Source: Camelus ferus (lineage: Eukaryota). Taken from it: a stretch of 64,000 nt of DNA. Below, piece by piece: positions 1 through 12,717 of this stretch; the stretch's first letter is position 1, and the number at the start of each line of letters is the position of its first letter. The notes under the pieces were generated by a model. That model did no database searches. It worked only from the letters and a program-made list of their open reading frames with translations, and had not been told where the DNA came from. The stretch spans positions 68,512,001 through 68,576,000 of the forward strand of contig NC_045696.1 in assembly GCF_009834535.1 (NCBI RefSeq), given 5' to 3'. The translations under genes and the position numbers were made by a program.

Positions 1-279
1 GGGACACTCATATATTCATTCATGCACTCATCATTAAATATTTATTAACCCCTACCACATTATTTTAACAAGGTCTGCACATCATCAATGGTTCTTTCAC
101 AAAACACAGAAACTGGGGCTCCACCCCCAAAAGACACACTGATTTAATAAGTCCAAGGTAAGGCTGGAGAATCTGCATTATGAACAAACTCAACCAGGTG
201 ACTGTGACAAGTGGCCAGGTTGAGAACTCATGGCTTACGGTGTATGAGATACTATACAAGACACTAGAAGGCAGAGATA

Positions 280-800
280 CATAAACCCTACCCTTGATCT
301 CAAGGAACTCCCAGTTTAGTTGGAGACTGGAGTTTGGACCGACAAGCTAACTGGCCTTTAGTCTGCAGTCTGAGGAATGCGCTATCCTAGAGAGCTCTAG
401 CGCCAGGGGATATAGCACAGGGGCAGCTAAGCCATCTCGAGGCAGTTGGGTAAGGCTTCTTGGAGGGGGAGATGCTTGAGCTGAATCCTAAAGGATGCAT
501 ATGAGTTAGCTACTGGGATGGTCAGGGTGGTGTGGGCAGTTTCAGGACAGGGCAGAAGGGGAAGGCAAGAACTAGCTTAGTGGACTCAGGGAATTGCAAG
601 TATGAGTGGGACAGGAGGAGGGGTGGTGAGAGGGGAGACCCAGGAGGAAGGGAGGGATCAGCGCTTGGAGGGCTTTATCCTCTGGGCAATGAGAAAGAGC
701 GGGGGATTTATTTTAAGCAGAATGACAGATTCAATTTGATCGTCACAAGGTAACTTTGGCAGCTTTGAGGAGAATGGATTAGGACTCCGGCAAAGGAGAA
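280..800 (-). mobile_element. L2 LINE fragment
   Basis: Antisense L2 motifs: ccttgatctcaaggaactcccagtttag, gcttcttggagggggagatgcttgagctgaatcctaaagga, ttttaagcag...ctttggcagctttgaggagaatggatt. Confidence 0.65.
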
Positions 801-1589
801 GGGAGACAGGAGGCAGAGGCGGTGATAAACTACGCCTGCCCTCCGACAGCAGGCTGTCGGAGATCAGTTGAGATGATCGGAGATCACTTAGTAAACAGTA
901 TCTCGCTTCAGAAAAAAGAAAGGTGCCATTATTTTTATCACATTCCACGACCTTCAGAGCAGAGTCGTGGTGAGAGAAGAAAATGACTGAAAAGGTGGTT
1001 GGAGGAAGAGTTAGAGAGGAGGGAGGGAGGTGGGAAGAGGACAGAGAAGTACTTGGTGTCAAACAGTGTTTAAAATATCCTCTTTGCATCACACTAGCTC
1101 TTAATTGGCACCAACCACTGAGGGGCTGATTGATCCCAGCAAGAGTCCAGCAAAACAGATAATTTCTTACAAGCATCTAAAATTCATGAACCCTGTGGGG
1201 TCCTACACACCAATGCTTATTGTTGCTGAGGTCTAACACTTCCTTGAATGGATAAGTATCCAGGGGTGGCAGGTTTGGGGCTTTTTTTTTCTTTTCAAAA
1301 TGCAGAATATATTCTTGTATTTAATGCCTGTGGTCTTGCTGAGCAGATGAAAAGAGAGTAAAGAGCTGGGCTATGAGTTACAATTATAAATTAACTCAAT
1401 GTAATGGGCTCATTAAAGAGATGTTGGGTCTGAAGAATGTGTGTAGGAAACCTAATTTTGGATTAAGGGCTTGATTCATGCAAGATCTGTCCGCTGTCCA
1501 CTCAGGGTTTGGGTCAGAGGAAGTTATTCTCTACAGCAGCCTCTCACCTGGGACGAGGGCTACATGGGATTCGCTGGGCTTCACACAGA

Positions 1590-1830
1590 GGGAAGGGAGC
1601 CTACATTTATTAAGAATCTCCCATTTGCTAGGTACTTTGCCTTTGCAGTTTTTTTCCCCCAGAAACCCTATCAGTATAAATAATATTATTATTCTTTCTC
1701 AGATGTGAAAACTCAAATGAAAAAAAAACCAATTATACAATATGTCCAAGTTCTCATAGCTGGTCAGAGCATTGGGGAGTCAGTTAGACCCCAGGGCTAC
1801 AGAGCTTCTGATTTAAAGCATGCTTCCCTG
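1590..1830 (-). mobile_element. MIR SINE
   Basis: catttattaag...ctaggtactttg...attattattctttctcagatgtgaaaactca resembles the antisense MIR core. Confidence 0.6.
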
Positions 1831-2307
1831 CCACTCATGGATTCACTTTTCTTGATGTTGGCATGGTACAGCCAAAGCATTTTATTTTCTGTTAGTATGT
1901 GGACATTGCTCCACTAGGATGCCCTTTACGAGGGTCCACAGGAGAAAATGTTTCAATGCTGGGATCCGCTGTGCTGCTTCTGAAAGCCGGTGTGCGTGTT
2001 ATCTCCTCGACATGGGTTCTGTATCTGGGGCTTATGCTACTCTGGTTTTCTTCCCTGCACCTGACACATCAGAAAGCTGTGGGACTAATGCACAGGACCG
2101 TGGCACCCAGGTCAGGTTACACAGGACACAAGGGGTGCTTTGTGGGTGCTAATCCTACAGCGGCGGGTCCCTCCTTGTTGTGTTACTCACATTTTCCCTT
2201 TTTTTCTGCTTTCCTGATAGATATACTATAACAACAAAAACAAAAAACCTCTTCTTACTGTGTCGATTTCTCTGCCTCATTTTTCCCCTTGGTTTGTTTA
2301 ACTGTCA

Positions 2308-2308
<1 letters not shown>

Positions 2309-2359
<51 letters not shown>
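2309..2359. repeat. (CA)n microsatellite, about 25 units
   Basis: Perfect CA run read directly. Confidence 0.98.
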
Positions 2360-2361
<2 letters not shown>

Positions 2362-2744
2362 TTCTTTCTGTGCTGCTTTTGTACATTCTACGCTGGGGCA
2401 GGCTGTGTGTGTGCCTGTGTGTGCGGTTTCCCCGTTGCTTCCAGGTAGATCCATGGTGAAGGCTGATAAATCCCTCTCAGGTTAATTAGTGATGACATGA
2501 CAAATATTTGCACGCTGTCAAAAAAAAGTGAAATAATGCAATAAAATATTTGTGTGTTTGTTCTCCGTGATGTGAAACTGAGTGATTTTTTTTTTCCTTT
2601 TGTACATCATTTGGTGTCATGTAGATACACGCCTTTTAAAGAGACTAGCAAGAATGCCCTGTTGTTAATTTGGCATGGAAAATGATAAGCCCTGGCCTCA
2701 CACTCCATTAGGGAGACAGGCATGTATCACATAAATTATGATAC

Positions 2745-3288
2745 TGTAGGTACCAGAATACGCCACCCCCAAATATGCCTTGTTGGCATGTGAACTGTTT
2801 TGAGCTAAAGGCCATCAAGAACCAGTAGATGCAGGAAAAAGCTCTTCACCTCACCCCTCCCTCACTGCCTAAAAATAAGAGTATAAATTTTCCCTTTTGT
2901 AAATAACATTTACATTTATAAAGGAAATTTCCATTTGTAAAGATGTCTCCCTAGCTGCACTGGGGAGAAAACTCTTATCAGCTGAGAGACTCTTATCCAT
3001 ACTGCTGGACAACACTGATGCACCACACATCTTTCCCCTCACCTTCCCATAGCTTGCCCCCTCCTCCCAGACGTCCCCAACCCTCTTTTCCTTTGTTTAA
3101 CCAAAGATGGTAACCAGCATCAATCTTCTAGCCAGCTACCTCCTGGAGGCACATTTTTCTTTGTGATCTCTCATGCATATATAATTAAAACTGTTTTTTT
3201 CCTCTTGCTAATCTTTATCAATTTGATTCCTGGACCCCAGCCATTGAACCTAGGAGGACAGAGGGAAAAAGATTTCTCCTACCCTCTA
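2745..3288 (+). mobile_element. ERV1 solo LTR, MER34-like
   Basis: Starts TGtaggtaccagaatacgccaccccaaatatgcc...ttttgagctaaaggc, contains aaaggaaatttccatttgtaaag, ends gaacctaggaggacagagggaaaaagatttctcctaccctcta; near-TSD atac/aaac. Confidence 0.8.
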
Positions 3289-3379
3289 AAACGAAGAGAT
3301 GGAATCAGAAATAATTTTAGTGATTTAGGAACACAACACTTTCTAGATCATGCCACTTTCTCTTATTTTTTATTTTATC

Positions 3380-3490
3380 TGATACTCACAATAACACAGT
3401 GAGGTGAGGGTGCTGGGAATGAGAATCCCATTTCACAGGTGGGGAAACCGAGGCACAGAAGCTGGTTAGTTACCTGTCTAGCCAGCCTGC
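3380..3490 (-). mobile_element. MIR SINE core
   Basis: cccatttcacaggtggggaaaccgaggcacaga. Confidence 0.7.
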
Positions 3491-5230
3491 ATTATGGCTG
3501 AGAATTGAAGCAGCACATTTTCTTCTTTATACAGTGTTCACTGCCACCTGGGTGGGAAGAGAGTGATTCTTTTACCTTTGAATCTAGAAGCAAGCAAGAG
3601 GCTAAAATCTTGGTACAAGAACAGCCAACAAAAAAAGTTGGCTTAATAGTAGATTTATTCCAAGTGTCAGGGGTTCTGCTGTTTTCACAGTGTAGGTCAA
3701 TTTCCGAGAGAATTTGAGCAAAAAGACCATCCATCCTGGCTTCTGGGAAATATATTTGATCTTTTCCATCTTGATTCTCTCTAGATTTTCCTCACGTGGG
3801 TACCCTGTGTTACGAATGTTCCTCATTACTTTAGTGGATGACTCCTTCAGACTTAGTGACACTGTTATTATAAATAGCAAAAGAACAATTAATACTCTCA
3901 ATTTCTATTAGTTAGAACCCTCCCAGGAATATCCATTTTGGGAACTTTCGTTTCAAAGGAAATGCCATCAATAGAAAATAATAATTTGATTTCTAAGCAG
4001 GCTAACAGCTTTCCTATGCAAGTATGAGTAAATTACTATATTGATCGTTTTTTAATAAAGCAATAGAGGCAGGAAACTGCTAAAAGATTAAGAAAAAAAC
4101 CTAAAAAAAAAGAAGTACTTGTTATTGAAAAGAGCACATTTCAAGCAGATCTTAACAGATGAGACCTTGAGTTTTGGGGGCCCCTTGCATGACAAGGGGG
4201 TCCTGTGCCCCCCATGCTAAGAAGCCCTGTGACCTCAGCAGCCACCCCCACATCTTGTTGTGCTACCGAGAGAAGAGGCATGAACCTGGAGTGACAGAAA
4301 TTTTGTAATGTTTAGAGCAAGATTCTGAAGCAGAGTCTGGTTGTCAGTAAATAATCCTGTGGAAATGTAGATAACGTTACTAATCTTATCAGACCAGGGC
4401 AAAACATGCCTCTCCCTAGACAATTTATGTTGTCTCTATCAAAGTTCTCTCTGCCAAACAGCACTACTGGTTTTGCATCCAGATGCTGTGAGAGCACGGG
4501 TTGCAAACTTACTGAAGCAGCTAGCTACCTTGGGAGGTTTTATTTCCTCCAGTAAGCACGGGAAAAATTCAATTTTGAAGCTGCTGGTATGGGCCAGTAA
4601 GGATATTTGGTTGAACCCCATTGTTGGTGAATTTAGAATTTGGATAATATTTTTATTGAATTCCAGGGAGTTTCAACTGAGGCAGCTTTGGCCTGTATCA
4701 TCAGAACTCTTCCCCAGACTCTGTGCTGTGGTCACAGGTAAAGTGTCCCTGGCTTGATTGGCAGTTTTGTCTTTTAGGCATTTCATGAAGGAGATGCTGC
4801 TTATCACTCACAACCGTATTGCAGGGAGGACATAAATCTGTAGTAATGCATGGGGACCATTGCACATAGTTGGTGAGAGAAGGTGCTCATGCATCTTCCA
4901 GCCCAGTTCCCTTAGAAGGCAACCAAACACTGGAGTGTAGAACTCCCCACTCATAAAGCTTTTAATGAACCAAACTTCTCTTTTTCAATAATTTCACCAA
5001 ATACTTGGGCTAATTTATTTTTAGAGGACTTCAAATGCACATCTAGGCACACTGGCTGGAGGTCCAGCTGCAAGCATCCTGCCATCACTGAGGTCCTATT
5101 ACAACATTACCCTGTGAATTCTTGGTCTAACTCTGCTCTTAATTGAGGTGATCTGAATAAATAAATTAGAAGGTTCTCTCCAAACTGAGAATTGTGTTGT
5201 TGTTCTGTTCTTTTAGATCCATGGGGAGTA

Positions 5231-5340
5231 TTTTTTTTTAAATTGAAGTATAGTCAGTTTACAATGTTGTGTCAGTTTCTGGTGTACAGCACAATGCTTC
5301 AGTCATACATCAACATACATATATTCATTTTCATATTCTG
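5231..5340 (-). mobile_element. Extremely 5'-truncated young L1 (3'UTR tip), camelid-type
   Basis: Poly-T followed by aaattgaagtatagtcagtttacaatgttgtgtcagtttctggtgtacagc; TSD of about 18 bp agatccatRgggagtatt at 5215-5232 and 5341-5358. Confidence 0.9.
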
Positions 5341-5629
5341 AGATCCATAGGGAGTATTCCTTAGTTGGTAAGTTCCCTGCAGACCGGTCACACTCACCTT
5401 GGCACAACTGATAATCCCTTCCTCGGTAGGAAATCAGCATCTTCTTCAGGAGAAAAACTATTAATATGATATGTTTTTTAAAAACTCCAGGATTCAAGAT
5501 TGAAAAGATTCTTTTCATGTGCTTTCAGTTTATGGAAGGGCTTCTTAAGCCTTGTAGGATTTTAATTATCAATATAAGCCTAGGCCAGATAATGTGGAAT
5601 AAAGAAAAAATAAAATTCAGCCCAATTTC

Positions 5630-5750
5630 ATCACCATGCCTCAGCCATGAGGGCTCATATATCTTGTTCGTACAGTACCCACAGGACCTAGAACAGTGCC
5701 TGGCACAGACTAGGGTGTTAATGCTCTTTGGTAAAGGAGTGAATGAATTA
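5630..5750 (+). mobile_element. L2 3' tail
   Basis: acctagaacagtgcctggcacagactaggg...gagtgaatgaat. Confidence 0.75.
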
Positions 5751-6289
5751 TAATTTTGATGTCTTTTATCCACCTTTATTTTCCCCACCATGATTATTTT
5801 TCATGGATACTTTGATGATGCCTATGTTGGCTTTTGAACCTTGCTTTTGTTTGTTTGTTTGTTTGCCCTTATATAAAACATATTCCTTTGGGCCACAGAA
5901 TATTCCTGGTCATTGTTTGTAATAACTGACTGGGTTATTACATGTTCTAACACAGCTGCCCAAAACTGGAATCTATTGCTTAAGAAACTAGTGTTTTCTT
6001 ATCCCTACAGGTGCTCACATGTAGATTGGTTGTTCAACTATCAGATATGAGTTGAACTAGATGCATTACTCTAAGACCGCTTCCCAGTCTATAACTTATA
6101 AACTTCACAGATTGGTCATTTGCAAAGCTAAGGGGGTCTCACAAAACTTGAATATTATGAACCAGAACTTCTCCCAGAACCGCTCCTCCCACTCATACAT
6201 TGTACTCCTTGACACCTATTACTATCTAAGTTCATAATGTAAACTTGAAAAACGATGGAGATTTACTTCCTCGGAAACAGCCTGGTTCA

Positions 6290-6640
6290 GAATTTCCATT
6301 CAATTAATGAGTAATATCAAGTTCCTATGTGCCGAGCACATTTTGTGATGACTCAGTCTCAATCTTGTTCTCACTCAGTTCACAGTTACTCACACTGTAT
6401 GAGGCATTGAGAATATAAGGAGGGAAAAACATCTTCTCTGTTCTAGTGGAACTCAGGAATGGTGATGCAAGGACAGAGTAGGGGGTTGGTCTAAGCAAAT
6501 AACCATGAGGAAATGAGTTAAGTGCTACAGAAGTGGCATGAAGAAGGGGTTGCCTTGGCACCCAAGAGAGCAAAGTTAATTCTGCATAACTGAGCGGTGT
6601 TTGAGGTCAGGAAGTTAAGACACAACAAGGCAGAAAAACT
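6290..6640 (-). mobile_element. L2 fragment
   Basis: cattcaattaatgag...cctatgtgccgagcac, ctctgttctagtggaactcag, aagtgctacagaagtggcatg. Confidence 0.5.
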
Positions 6641-7519
6641 AATGTCTCAAAAGAGGACAAAGAAAACATGAGGGTTCATTCATATAGAACAGAGAGGTTT
6701 TTTCCTTCTGGGAGGTGATCAAAGAGGTCATGTGGTACTGGACATCCAACCAAACTCTGACAAGAGGGTATGAGAAAGGAGGAAATGCTGTGTTAGAATA
6801 AGTCCAGCAACTAGAGTCTATGCTCAATTCTTTAGGACGTGGTGGTTGCTTTTTGTTTAGCGGGGGTTTTTTGTTTTTGTTTTTTACCTTTTAATAATTG
6901 GAGGAAGGACTCATAGCACAGCAAGCACATCTGGCAATTTCAGTGATGGGCTGGAAATGCATAAGCCACAGTGGCCCACCTTCAACTAAGCTCTTTTATC
7001 CCCCAGGGAATCAGGCCAGCTGACCTGTCATCAGCATTAAAACAGTGGTCAGTATCTCCTCACTACTGCTGTGTGTCTATCTGCCCCTCCTTCACTTTGT
7101 CTAAATGCCCCTCTGATAGAGAGCATGCAAATGGCACTTCTGCCCCTTTGGAGCGTTACCTGTTCCACATCCAGGTGGAGAGCAGATAGCTATTTAGAAG
7201 AAATCAGAAGGGCTAAAGTCCTCAGGAGCAAAAGTTCTTTTCTCCTCTCTGGAGGGGAAGAGGTGAACCCTGAAGGAAAAGAGAAGCTGCTCCGGAAGAG
7301 ACGAATATTTTTCTTCTTAAAGGGGCCGTGGATAGCCATGGCAGGCAGTGTTTCTGGAGGAAGTCCACTTCAAACACCTGTGACACTGTTGAGGCCACAG
7401 GGGGCCCCGGCAGGAAGTGGTTCTTGCTAGGCCAGGGGGTGGAAGACGCTGAAAGGGACCCTGGATTTGGGAGCAGAAAATCTTGGTCCTGGTCTTCGGA
7501 TTCCAGATTAAATAAGATA

Positions 7520-7830
7520 CTAATGAGCAAAAGTAATATAGCAAATGTGTATAGAATTCCCTAAGTGCCAAGTTCTGTTGTGAGTGCCTTCACATACATT
7601 CATTCTTTTATTCCACTTAGTCTTTGTAGCAGCTTTATGAGGTAGGGACTATCATAATCCCTAGTGTAGAGCTGACCCATGAAAATAATGCCTGTAGAAG
7701 ATAAAAGCATCTTTATCTGAAGCAGAGGATAATAGTCCCAATGAACTTCCTAGGGCTTTAGGAAGTTCAGATGAGATCAAATCTGTGAAGCCATTTTGGA
7801 AACTGTAAAGTGCTGTACACCCATGAGGAA
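7520..7830. mobile_element. Two adjacent MIR fragments in opposite orientations
   Basis: gtgccaagttctgttgtgagtgccttcacatac...ttatgaggtagggactatc (minus); aataatagtccca...cagatgagatcaaatctgtgaagcc (plus). Confidence 0.55.
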
Positions 7831-7849
7831 CTCCCTTTACATGACAGTT

Positions 7850-8035
7850 TACTCACATCTTCCTTCTCTATCTGTACTGAGCACTTGCAAGGTGACTGGC
7901 ATGAAGCCATCACTGCAAGGAAAATAGACGAAAGAGACCCAGCCCCTCCCTCAAAGACTGACCATTCACTATGGGAGGAAAGACACCCAGGTGAATGGCT
8001 TCAAAGCAGGGAAGATGGAGTGTCAGGATGCTGAC
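7850..8035 (-). mobile_element. L2 fragment, apparently continuing at about 9880-9960 beyond the L1
   Basis: actgagcacttgcaaggtgactggca...agacccagcccctccctcaaaga; after the L1, ggggagattgtttcaaagctgaaccctggaagg. Confidence 0.55.
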
Positions 8036-8039
8036 TCAA

Positions 8040-9105
8040 CATACATAAGATCATGCCATCTGCAAACAGAGATTAATTTTACTTCTTTCTAATTTGGATG
8101 CATTTTATTTCTTCTTGTTACCTAATTGCTCTAACTAGGTCTTCCAGTATTATGTTGAATAAAAGTGGCAAGAATAGGCATCCTTGCTTTGTTCCAGACC
8201 TTAGAGGAACATTTGAATATAATGTTGGTTGTGGGCTTTTCACACACAGCCTTTATTGTGTTGTGGTAAGTTCTTTCTATACATAATTTTTTCTGAGAAA
8301 TTTTATCATCAAAATGTTGAATTTCGTCAAATGATTATTTTGCACCTATGGAGAAGATCTTGTATTTTTTTCATTCTTTTAATGTGGTTTATCACTGCAT
8401 CCCAGGGATAAGTCCCACTTGGTCATTGTGCATGATCCTTTCAATATGCTATTGAATTTGGTTTGCAAGTAATTTTACTCAGGATTTTAGCACCAATTTT
8501 CAATGGAGATATTGACCTGTAGTTTTCTGGGGGTGTCTTTGTCTAGCTTTGGTATCAGGTTGATGCAGACCTCACAAAATGAGTTTGGAAGTTTTCTCTA
8601 TTCTTCTAGTTTTGGGAAGAGTTTAAAAGGATTGGTATTAAATCTTTAAATGCTTGGTAGAACTTACCTGTGAGCTATATGGTTTTGAGTTTTTCTTACT
8701 TAGGAATATTTTAATTATTGATTCAGTCTCCTTATATCTGTTCAGGCTTTCCATTCCTCCTGATTCAGTCTTGGTAGGTTGTATATTTCTAGGAATATGT
8801 CCATTTCTTCTAAGTTAACCAATTTGCTGGCATACAATTATTTACAATAGTCCCTTATTTTATTTCTGTGGCATTGGTTGTAATATCTCCTCTTCCATTT
8901 TTGTCTTTATTTACTTGACTCTTTTTTCTTGCTCTAGCTCAGGTTTATTGATTTTGTTTTTCCTAATTAAAAACTAACTTTTAGTTTTGTTGATTAACAA
9001 ATTTTTGAGGGGTATTCTCTATTTCAGTTATTTTTACCCTAATCTTTATCTCCTCCTTTCTTTTGCTAACTTTGGGCTTAAGTTTTTCTTCTCTTTTTTT
9101 GTTCC
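8040..9105 (-). mobile_element. L1 ORF2 fragment (RT region), inverted part of the element
   Basis: tcatgccatctgcaaaca read antisense gives the LFADDMI-type RT motif; gcatccttgctttgttccagaccttagagg and cccagggataagtcccacttggtca are typical L1 ORF2; frameshifted. Confidence 0.9.
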
Positions 9106-9875
9106 TTGAGGCAACCCCTATGGAAAACAGTATGGAGGTTTCTCAAAATATTAAAAATAAAACTACCATGTGATCAAGCAATTTCACTTCTGGGTATATA
9201 TCAAAGAAATTTAAAGCAGAATCTTGAAGAGATCTGCACTCTCCTGTTCACTGCAGCATTATTCACAACAGCCAAGATAGGGAAGCAACCTAAATGTCCA
9301 TTGATAAATGAATGGATGAAGAAAATGTGGTACATCTATATAAAACAAAATATTATTCAGCTATAAAATAGAAGGAAATCCTACCACTTGTGACAGTGCG
9401 GATGAACTGGAGGATATCACGCTAAGGGAAGTAAACCAGACATAGGAGGACAAATGCTACATGATACAACTTATATGAGGAATCTAAAATAGTCAAACTC
9501 ATAAAGGCAGAGAGGAGAGGGTGGTTTCCAGGGGCTAGTGGGTTGGAAAAATGGGAGGTATTTGTCCCAGAGTACAAAGTTTCAATATACAGAGGAATAT
9601 AATACAGAGAACTGTAGTAAACAACACTGTATTAGATACGCTTAAAATTTTGCTGAGAGTGTAGATCTTATGTTAAGTGTTCTTATCACTAAATATAAAT
9701 ATAAAACAAAAAAATAAATAAACTGGGTGGTAGGAAACTTTCGGAGGTAATGGGTGTGTTTACGGCATAGGCTGTGGTGATGGTTTCGGGAGTCTGTACT
9801 CACCCAAACTCATCAGGTTGTATGCATTAAATATGTATAGCCTTTTGTATGCTAATCACCCCCAATAAAGTAGTT
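9106..9875 (+). mobile_element. L1 ORF2 C-terminus and 3'UTR (L1MA/L1MB age)
   Basis: ORF 9106-9366 QPLWKTVWRFLKILKIKLP...AALFTTAK...KQPKCP...EWMKKMWYIY is the ORF2p C-terminus; the 3'UTR ends with AATAAA near 9865. Confidence 0.92.
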
Positions 9876-11820
9876 TGCTTCCTGATTGTGGGCTGGGAAG
9901 GAGGTTTTAGCAAAGGCCCTCTGGGGAGATTGTTTCAAAGCTGAACCCTGGAAGGTCAGTAACTCTGTTGTTCTGTCTCCTTCTCACTGCTGATTTCCCA
10001 TTGGACATAATACGGCTGTTTCATATTATTAAAAACTTTTTTTTTTTTGGTATTTTACATTAGCCTTAGGATGTATTTGAAGTCCAAAATGAAAACAGTT
10101 CTGCTAGTCCTGTTTGGTCATCACAGACTTAAGCCATACAACCTTTCAGCAGCTCCACTATCTGTTTATGAACAACAGGCCATCAGGCCAATGAACCATG
10201 TTACTGTCATTCCCTTTGTGTTTCTTGAGCCATTTTTCATCTCAAGTAGTCAGAAGATAAAGTCAACCCTTCTCCACCTTCCACATCCATCTTCATTCAG
10301 TTCACTGTGGTTTCACGCTGGCCTGGGCTTTTTGAAATGTTATAAAACACCCGAGAAGAGCTATAACTTTCAAATTTTCCCACGGGGAAATAGGTCTAGT
10401 AGATGTAAAGTACCGGCAATTTGACTGTTGGAAGATGTAATGGTTTTTACATCAATGTGCAGGGTCTGAGGCAGGCACAAGTTCCCAGAAGTAACATGTA
10501 TCACTGGTAGTCAGATGCAAGCTTGTGTATGGAGATTACCGACCCAAACAAGCAAGGGAAGAGGTGAGGCAGGAAAGCCAAGAGTTTTCACACATGGAAC
10601 TCGCATTCTCCTCAGGGCTTACCCATGACAGTTTAAACACAAGGCAAGGGAGAAGGGCCTCCAGGGGCGGTACCCAGGTCTGATTTCATGAGCACCAGAA
10701 TGTGTACTCTTCTCCCAGGGAAGATCTGGACTAGCCAAACTCATCAAAAATTATAGATTCCCAGTGAAGGACGCCACAGGGACCAGAGTTCATAAATCGT
10801 CACAGAACAGTCTTGTCTTAGAGGAAGGCCTTCCTGGGAAGCTGAACTTTAATCAGAATCTTGCCCATTGAGGATGGCATTGTAGTAAAAGGCCTCACAC
10901 ACATCAAGTGGTAAAAGCAGCAGGCAGTCTGTCCCACAGAAGTTCTAAGTCTAGACTCTAATGGCTTTCTGTCCTCCAGATACTGCTTAGATGGGAATCA
11001 TCAGTTCTCCTTTCTCTCTAAGACGCTTTTTACTGATGCATTTCTGACCAGCCATCCCTCTGCCCTCATCCTTAATGTAGCCTTCTTATTGCTGTTGTTG
11101 CCCACGCTGGCTGAACACCAAGTTCTGAAAACGACCTTAATCTCTCGTGGTTCGACCTACTTGATGTGCACAGATTTTAGGGGAGTCTTGTCCCTCAGCT
11201 TTCTGATTGCCCTGCCTATACTGTCAGGGCTGTCAGTGGGCTTGTTGGGGTCGCTGAACATGGGGGAGGAGTCCAAGGGCCCCAACTCTGCCCCTAAATT
11301 TCCTGGTTGACTTAGCTACAGATCTGCTATATGACTATATGACTTCTAGGCAGTCAGTGGTTCTGAAACTGACTGAATTTTTGCCTTGGGAACTAAGAAG
11401 TTCAGAATCAAATTCGTGGTTTCTTTTACCAACAGTGTGAGATCATGTGAGATCATGCTGATCTGAGGATATCCTGGCTTTTTGTTTTTGTTTTTTTTTC
11501 TTTTCCTTAAGTCTGTGCAACAACTGTTTTCTACCTTTGTATTTTTGTAAGCTGTCTCATTCTATTAAGATACTTCAGAGCTCAGAAATCTCAATGTGCT
11601 TGCTAATAATAAATTTCTACATATGAAGAAAGAAAAGCTGTAAATTTCTTGGAACACTCAAGAAAGGAAGTATAATTTTGTGCAGTTCTTTGAGCTCTTC
11701 AGATAGAAAGTGAGATTTTTATAGTCCTGTGTGAGTGGAATTGTCTTGTCTGCTAGATTTGGCTGGACTCTTGTGTAAGTGTGTGGGAGACAGATGGTGG
11801 GGATGGAATGGGAGTAGGGA

Positions 11821-11892
11821 GGACCTCATGAGCACAGAGAGGACTTCGTGCACATCAGGAGGACTTCGTGCACATCAGGAGGACTTCGTGCA
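11821..11892. repeat. 20-bp tandem repeat, about 3.6 copies
   Basis: ggacttcgtgcacatcagga at 11841 and 11861, partial at 11881, degenerate at 11821. Confidence 0.95.
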
Positions 11893-12454
11893 TGTGGGGA
11901 GTGTCTCCTGGGTCCAGTGTACATTCTTCCTGCACATTCATGGATGTCTCCTGGCAAAGAGTGGAAGTGTGGGGAGGGGTGAAGGAGTTAGAACAGACTC
12001 AGCGAGTCTCTACTTGAATGTGAAATACTCCAGGGAGAGGCTTCACAGAAACCTCATTTCTAATGACTGGGAATGTGGGGCCTCCTTGCTTTGTGGGATG
12101 TAGAGCCCAGCTGACCCTCTGCCTTGGATCATGGGATCTTTAACTTAACCTTCCATTGAAAAGATGAAGAAAGTGAGGCTCATGGTTTGACTTGTTCAAG
12201 ATCAAACGTTATTTAGTGGCCAAGCCAGGGTATAGTCCTGATGGCCAATCTCCCAGCACACTTCGTTTTCCTCAGTCCCAGACCTGGCACTTCTAGCTGT
12301 GTCCAGTTTACTCCCTGTTTACTCCTGCATTGTGAACATATCTCTGTCCTCCCCTCTCCTTACTACCAAATCCTCAAAGGAAAGATCTTGATGGCTATGA
12401 ACTTTAGAGATAGTAAGATGTCTTCAAGGAATATTTTACAACTGATCAGCTTCA

Positions 12455-12632
12455 TGTGTTTCAGTCAGGGAATGAATTCATCTGCAAGAGAAAAACAAAT
12501 AGAAGTGGCATAAATAATACATAGAGATCTATTTTTCTATCAAGCAATAAAAAATCCAGAGGTGGTCAGTCCATTTCTTGTACATCATCCATAAATGTGA
12601 ATGGTGACTCTTAGTCCTCCTATGCTGCTCAG

Positions 12633-12717
<85 letters not shown>

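Noticed and set aside
658..1176. Longest ORF (172 aa)
   Set aside because: S/L/P-rich antisense of purine-rich L2 sequence with no recognisable domain.
3505..3717. ORF containing LPPGWEE after a good splice acceptor, resembling the start of a WW domain
   Set aside because: It lacks the downstream aromatic pair and WxxP of WW domains and has no convincing donor; likely chance.
11821..11892. Short repeat array as a CRISPR candidate
   Set aside because: Units are head-to-tail with no unique spacers, and the context is eukaryotic.
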